A DNA stretch of 59,323 nucleotides. Origin: an uncultured virus (IMG/VR IMGVR_UViG_3300031857_014466). Lineage: Duplodnaviria > Heunggongvirae > Uroviricota > Caudoviricetes. The stretch is taken from the IMG/VR virus record IMGVR_UViG_3300031857_014466; one strand, given 5' to 3'. The position numbers and the translations under genes were made by a program. A model generated the notes under the pieces. It was not told where the DNA came from. It did not search any database and was given only the letters and a program-made list of their open reading frames with translations. Positions 54,996-59,323 of this stretch are shown piece by piece. Position 1 is the stretch's first letter. The number at the start of each line of letters is the position of its first letter.

Positions 54996-56905
54996 TGAGA
55001 GAATATAACGTAGCACTTAAACAAGGAGTTGACTACGATGGGTTTTGGAATGATATGGAAAGTGATACCGATGGTGGTAAACTTTACATCCCCAATCGTG
55101 CAGTTCAATACACAAACGAAAGACCCGCATCTCTTCGCCAATGTTGGTATTTGCTGACAGATGAAGAAGCAGAATTACTTAGACAAGATGATAGAGTTTA
55201 TTGTGTAGAGATACCACCTGAACATAGAGATGATATTATAATTGCACCATCCGCAACTCAAACTGGAGATTTTACTAAAACAACTTCATCAGCTGGTTCA
55301 TTTTTAAACTGGGGATTGATAAGAGCTTCAAACCCAACAAACGTTTATGGTATTGGTACAACAACCACTTTAAATTACGATTATACTTTAGATGGTAATG
55401 GTGTAGATGTTGTAATACAAGATAGTGGTATTCAAACCGACCATCCTGAATTTCAAGATGCTTTAGGAAATAGTAGAGTTCAGCAAATTAATTGGGCAAC
55501 TGTAAGTGGATTACCATTCACACAAAATGCAAATCATTATAGAGATTTTGATGGACATGGTACTCACGTAGCAGGTATAGCTTGTGGTAAAACTTATGGT
55601 TGGGCAAAGGAAGCAAGAATATATTCTGTTAAGTTAAATGGATTGGAAGGTAGCGGTGATAGTGGTACTGGTATATCAACAACATATGCATTTGATTGTA
55701 TAAAAAATTGGCATACGGCAAAAGCAGGAAGTAGACCTACGGTAGTTAATATGAGTTGGGGTTATCTCACATTTTATAATAGTGTAACATCAGTAACTTA
55801 TAGAGGTAGTACATTTACAGACGCTAATACTACTGGAAACGCAACATACAGACAATCTACATATGGTATTAGAAATATAAGTGGTGGTGCATATGGATAC
55901 AACTACATATGTAACACTAGAATTGATTCTGTAGATGTTGATATTCAAGAAATGTTAGATGCTGGAATCGTTGTTTGTGTGGCAGCTGGTAATCGTTCTT
56001 TTAAAATTGATACAATAGGTGGAACTGATTACAACAACTCTATTGCAACTGATACCGGAACAAAGTATATTCATAGAGGTTCTTCACCGCATGATGATGA
56101 TGCTATTAGTGTTGGTAATGTTGATAGAACTCCTTTCAGTTCTGTTTTAGACCAAAAAGCAACTTCATCTGAAACAGGACCGGGTGTTGATATATGGGCA
56201 CCTGGTACAAGCATAATGAGTGCGTGTTCTACAACTACAAGATTTTCGGCACAAAACTATTATAACAATGCATCTTTTAGACAGGTAAATATAGGTGGTA
56301 CATCAATGGCTTCTCCGCAAGTTGCAGGAGTTTGTGCTATGATTCTTCAACAAAATCCATCATATACACCAGCTCAGGTAAAAGCCGCTTTACTTTCCAA
56401 AGCAACGGCAACAATTTATACAACTGGATTAACAGATGATTGGTCAAATACACGAAGTTTACAAGGTGGAGCACAAAAATTTTTATATGCCGATTTTGAT
56501 TTGGGTGGTATTACAACATCAACTACAACTACGTCAACATCCACATCCACAACATCTACATCAACTACATCAACTACAACGGCTGCACCTTCACCAACAA
56601 CTACATCTACATCAACCACTTCTACTTCAACAAGTACGAGTACCACAACATTAGGACCTACTACAACCACAACTACAAGAGCACCTATTGTTTGCGGTGA
56701 GTATATGATTTCTACGGCAAGGGGTGGTTATATATATTGGGAAGATTGTAATAGTGGTAATAAATCTTCTGCTTTTGTTAATGCTGGTAAAAGAAGATAT
56801 ATTAATTCTAGAACATTTCCAACATTTGATAAGAGTTCTAAAATATCAATTGATGTTCTTTCAACATACTTCGTATCAGATGACATCATAGAACCTAAAC
56901 CTTAG
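54995..56905 (+). CDS. Subtilisin-like S8 serine protease with a Thr/Ser stalk and small C-terminal domain
   Basis: Triad VVIQDSG / GHGTHVAG / GTSMASPQVAG; NMSWG, AAGN, VDIWAPG. Confidence 0.92.
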   Translation: MREYNVALKQGVDYDGFWNDMESDTDGGKLYIPNRAVQYTNERPASLRQCWYLLTDEEAELLRQDDRVYCVEIPPEHRDDIIIAPSATQTGDFTKTTSSAGSFLNWGLIRASNPTNVYGIGTTTTLNYDYTLDGNGVDVVIQDSGIQTDHPEFQDALGNSRVQQINWATVSGLPFTQNANHYRDFDGHGTHVAGIACGKTYGWAKEARIYSVKLNGLEGSGDSGTGISTTYAFDCIKNWHTAKAGSRPTVVNMSWGYLTFYNSVTSVTYRGSTFTDANTTGNATYRQSTYGIRNISGGAYGYNYICNTRIDSVDVDIQEMLDAGIVVCVAAGNRSFKIDTIGGTDYNNSIATDTGTKYIHRGSSPHDDDAISVGNVDRTPFSSVLDQKATSSETGPGVDIWAPGTSIMSACSTTTRFSAQNYYNNASFRQVNIGGTSMASPQVAGVCAMILQQNPSYTPAQVKAALLSKATATIYTTGLTDDWSNTRSLQGGAQKFLYADFDLGGITTSTTTTSTSTSTTSTSTTSTTTAAPSPTTTSTSTTSTSTSTSTTTLGPTTTTTTRAPIVCGEYMISTARGGYIYWEDCNSGNKSSAFVNAGKRRYINSRTFPTFDKSSKISIDVLSTYFVSDDIIEPKP

Positions 56906-56911
56906 AGATAT

Positions 56912-56920
56912 ATACTTATA
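56912..56920 (+). promoter_or_regulatory. Putative late promoter ATACTTATA
   Basis: Recurrent motif. Confidence 0.5.
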
Positions 56921-56944
56921 GGTATCTTAAAGATTTAAATCTTA

Positions 56945-59227
56945 ATGGCAGATGTTTACATTTATAGGGTTTCAATTCCTTCCAATACTACGTCATATGT
57001 AGAATGGACTGAATGTGAGGGTTGGCAAGGTCCAAGGCAACTATTATACGATAGAATGCCATCTATTGATTTTGGTGCAATAGAAAATACGGTATCTGCA
57101 TCATCTGCGGCAACAATTACAATAGTTGGAAATTGTACACCCGCACCTGAATGCGGATGTGTTTATTTTGGAGAAACTACAACAACATCAACAACCTTAC
57201 CACCTGTAAATTTTACACTTACACCAAGTTGTACAGGTACTGGTTTAAATGGTACTGGTAAAATTTTAGTTGATTCGTTTACCGGTGGCAATGGAACATA
57301 TCAAAGTGTTGCGATAGGTACAACATCTGGACAAGCATTTGCAGCAACACCTATTAATTTAAGTGGTGCAACATCTTATGAATTTACGAGTTTATTTAAC
57401 AATACATATTTTGTAATATTAAGAGATAGTAGCGGTGCATATACAATAAAAAATGCAGTTGTAAGTTGTACGGCAACATCCACAACAACATCAACAACAT
57501 CAACAACATCAACATCAACTACATCAACTTCAACTACAACTGCTGCACCTATTTGTACTTACAATGGTGGAAGTGTTGTTTTGGTTTATGGTACATCAAC
57601 CACAAGTACTTCTACTACAACATCAACAACAAGTACAACAACGGCCGGACCAACATCCACTTCTACATCAACTACTTCAACAAGTACTTCAACATCAACA
57701 TCAACAAGTACTTCAACATCAACCACAACCGCATCTCCTTACAATTATTATACTGCAAGAAGATATGATTGTACTAATTGTAGTTTACTACCGGGTACAG
57801 TTAAAATAAGATTTGCATCAACATTCTATGCAAATGTAAATAGATGGTATAGACCAACTACGCCGGATGGATATGCATATAAACCAATAACATTATCAAC
57901 AGCTGGTACTTCTATTGATTGTGATGAAACATCATACCCAACTTGTTTAACTGCTTGTGCATTAACAACCACATCAACTACATCTACGAGTACTTCAACA
58001 TCAACTACGAGTACTTCAACATCAACATCAACTACAAGTACTTCAACTTCTACAACTTCCACTAGTACTACAACTTTAGCACCATTTAGTATTAAAGTAC
58101 AATTGGATGAATATGATGGTGGAAATCCTCCTTATTTGGATATGGATATGGTTGTAGCTGGTTCAACTTATTATTTTGATGGGGAAGTTAATGGATTAGT
58201 TCCGGCAAATGTTTTATCAAATATTACTTTGAAAACAAAAGATGGAATAGCATCTCATCTTTGGGGTTCATTTACAACTGCTAGTGCAAGACTGAAAGTA
58301 TTTGAAGATGGTATATTAATTGTTGACCAAGTTAACTTCTACAGAAAGAATGAAGGATCTGTTGATTTCACATCTAATGTATTTTTTGATTCTACTAAGA
58401 GCTACATAGTAAGTGGTTCTAATTGGACATTTGTGGGAGCACAACCAACAACATCAACCACAACATCAACAACAAGTACATCTACTTCAACTTCAACTTC
58501 AACTACAAGTACATCTACTTCAACAACCACATTACCACCAACATCTACTTCAACAACCACATTGGCAGGAACAACCACATCTACAACCACAACTTGCGGA
58601 CCATTGCCACCATATTCTTATACACTGTATTACGATTATAATGATGGATTGCCAATTGTAATTGGAGCAAACACAGCAAATGATGCTTGTAATTTAACTA
58701 ATAGCTTCACTGTTTATTCATATGATAATCCTTTAGTAGCTGGTAGTGAATTATTCCATGACGCGGGACCAGAATTTTGTTTTTATGAAATCAGTACATT
58801 AGTTTTTGATGGCCCAAGTCAAATATATTATAGAATTGGAAATGATGTTGTTAGATTTGATTATAATGGTGGAAATGGTGCAGCAAACGCAATTTATGAT
58901 TTCCCACAAAGTTGTGGAACAACAACATCAACATCAACATCAACTACAACTACAACTACCACAATAGCACCACCACCATATAGTTTTATGGTTAGTGTAT
59001 CAAATACAAGCGGACAGGATGCATGTGCACAATCTACGAGTATAACTTTGTATTCATATACTTATAGTACTTTGATAAATGGTGAAACTTATTATGACCA
59101 ATATGGAAATGTGTATGATGGAAGTATTTATAGTTATTGGTCAGATAATGCTGGGTCTTGTACATTTGGTTCAATAGGTTTTGATGGTGTTTACACTTCA
59201 TCTGGAACTTGTAGTCCTTGTGCTTAA
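56945..59227 (+). CDS. Mucin-like Thr/Ser-rich protein with Cys-containing modules and an SprB-repeat-like domain
   Basis: Five long (T/S)n runs separating small Cys-bearing domains; G.I.V....GG.G.Y...FT.L....Y.V.LRDS.G. Confidence 0.7.
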   Translation: MADVYIYRVSIPSNTTSYVEWTECEGWQGPRQLLYDRMPSIDFGAIENTVSASSAATITIVGNCTPAPECGCVYFGETTTTSTTLPPVNFTLTPSCTGTGLNGTGKILVDSFTGGNGTYQSVAIGTTSGQAFAATPINLSGATSYEFTSLFNNTYFVILRDSSGAYTIKNAVVSCTATSTTTSTTSTTSTSTTSTSTTTAAPICTYNGGSVVLVYGTSTTSTSTTTSTTSTTTAGPTSTSTSTTSTSTSTSTSTSTSTSTTTASPYNYYTARRYDCTNCSLLPGTVKIRFASTFYANVNRWYRPTTPDGYAYKPITLSTAGTSIDCDETSYPTCLTACALTTTSTTSTSTSTSTTSTSTSTSTTSTSTSTTSTSTTTLAPFSIKVQLDEYDGGNPPYLDMDMVVAGSTYYFDGEVNGLVPANVLSNITLKTKDGIASHLWGSFTTASARLKVFEDGILIVDQVNFYRKNEGSVDFTSNVFFDSTKSYIVSGSNWTFVGAQPTTSTTTSTTSTSTSTSTSTTSTSTSTTTLPPTSTSTTTLAGTTTSTTTTCGPLPPYSYTLYYDYNDGLPIVIGANTANDACNLTNSFTVYSYDNPLVAGSELFHDAGPEFCFYEISTLVFDGPSQIYYRIGNDVVRFDYNGGNGAANAIYDFPQSCGTTTSTSTSTTTTTTTIAPPPYSFMVSVSNTSGQDACAQSTSITLYSYTYSTLINGETYYDQYGNVYDGSIYSYWSDNAGSCTFGSIGFDGVYTSSGTCSPCA

Positions 59228-59246
59228 AAATATAATTAAAAAGTAA

Positions 59247-59323
59247 ATGTTTGTAACAATAACACTTAGTTCACCATTGGGAGCAAATTTAGGACCTAAC
59301 TTCAATCTCACAGCAGATGTGGG
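59247..59323 (+). CDS. Hypothetical protein, 3'-truncated by the window end
   Basis: ATG after an A-rich leader; MFVTITLSSPLGANLGPNFNLTADV..., open to the window end. Confidence 0.55.
   Translation, partial: MFVTITLSSPLGANLGPNFNLTADV

Noticed and set aside
704..58661. The many minus-strand and alternate-frame ORFs in the track (e.g. 1383..1844, 11355..11834, 30416..30748, 56416..56670, 57466..57768)
   Set aside because: They are shadows of long plus-strand genes or of low-complexity repeats (poly-V, poly-N/I, poly-Q), with no independent motifs or expression signals
1..59323. Stop-codon reassignment, as seen in some large phages
   Set aside because: Code 11 gives dense, full-length genes; TAG (13513, 29951, 51412, 56905) and TGA (14562, 34211, 46236) act as normal stops
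1..59323. tRNA or rRNA genes
   Set aside because: Intergenic gaps are short and no cloverleaf or T-loop signature was seen by eye; tRNAscan-SE would confirm

Overview
This AT-rich window is a contiguous, all plus-strand segment of a large T4-like ('huge/jumbo') dsDNA bacteriophage. The host is very probably a member of Bacteroidota: ten copies of the Bacteroidota housekeeping promoter TTTG-N19/20-TAnnTTT(G/A) occur, and translation starts are mostly SD-less and A-rich. Gene order: (1) the 3' part of a giant multidomain protein and a PG-binding/GH19 endolysin. (2) A replication/recombination block: gp32-like SSB, RecA/UvsX, 5'-3' exonuclease, DnaB/gp41 helicase, an unannotated Hc1-like histone, B12-dependent NrdJ, thioredoxin, PolB, clamp, clamp loader, dUTPase and a Cas4/RecB-like nuclease. 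This block is interleaved with candidate DNA-modification genes (two Mom-like paralogs, a GT-B glycosyltransferase, a DUF4338/DruA-like protein) and a possible degenerate DUF262-HNH protein. (3) A ~23 kb glycan-biosynthesis cluster with about 10 glycosyltransferase-like genes, NDP-sugar enzymes and methyl/acetyltransferases. (4) A late region with ribosomal protein bS21, a subtilisin protease and Ser/Thr-rich repeat fibre proteins. The best candidates for undescribed systems are a phage-encoded virion glycosylation system, whose likely substrates share a recurrent [S/T]-[G/A/S]-S motif and mucin-like stalks, and a replisome-linked multi-enzyme DNA hypermodification module. All calls come from motif recognition by eye; no searches were run.
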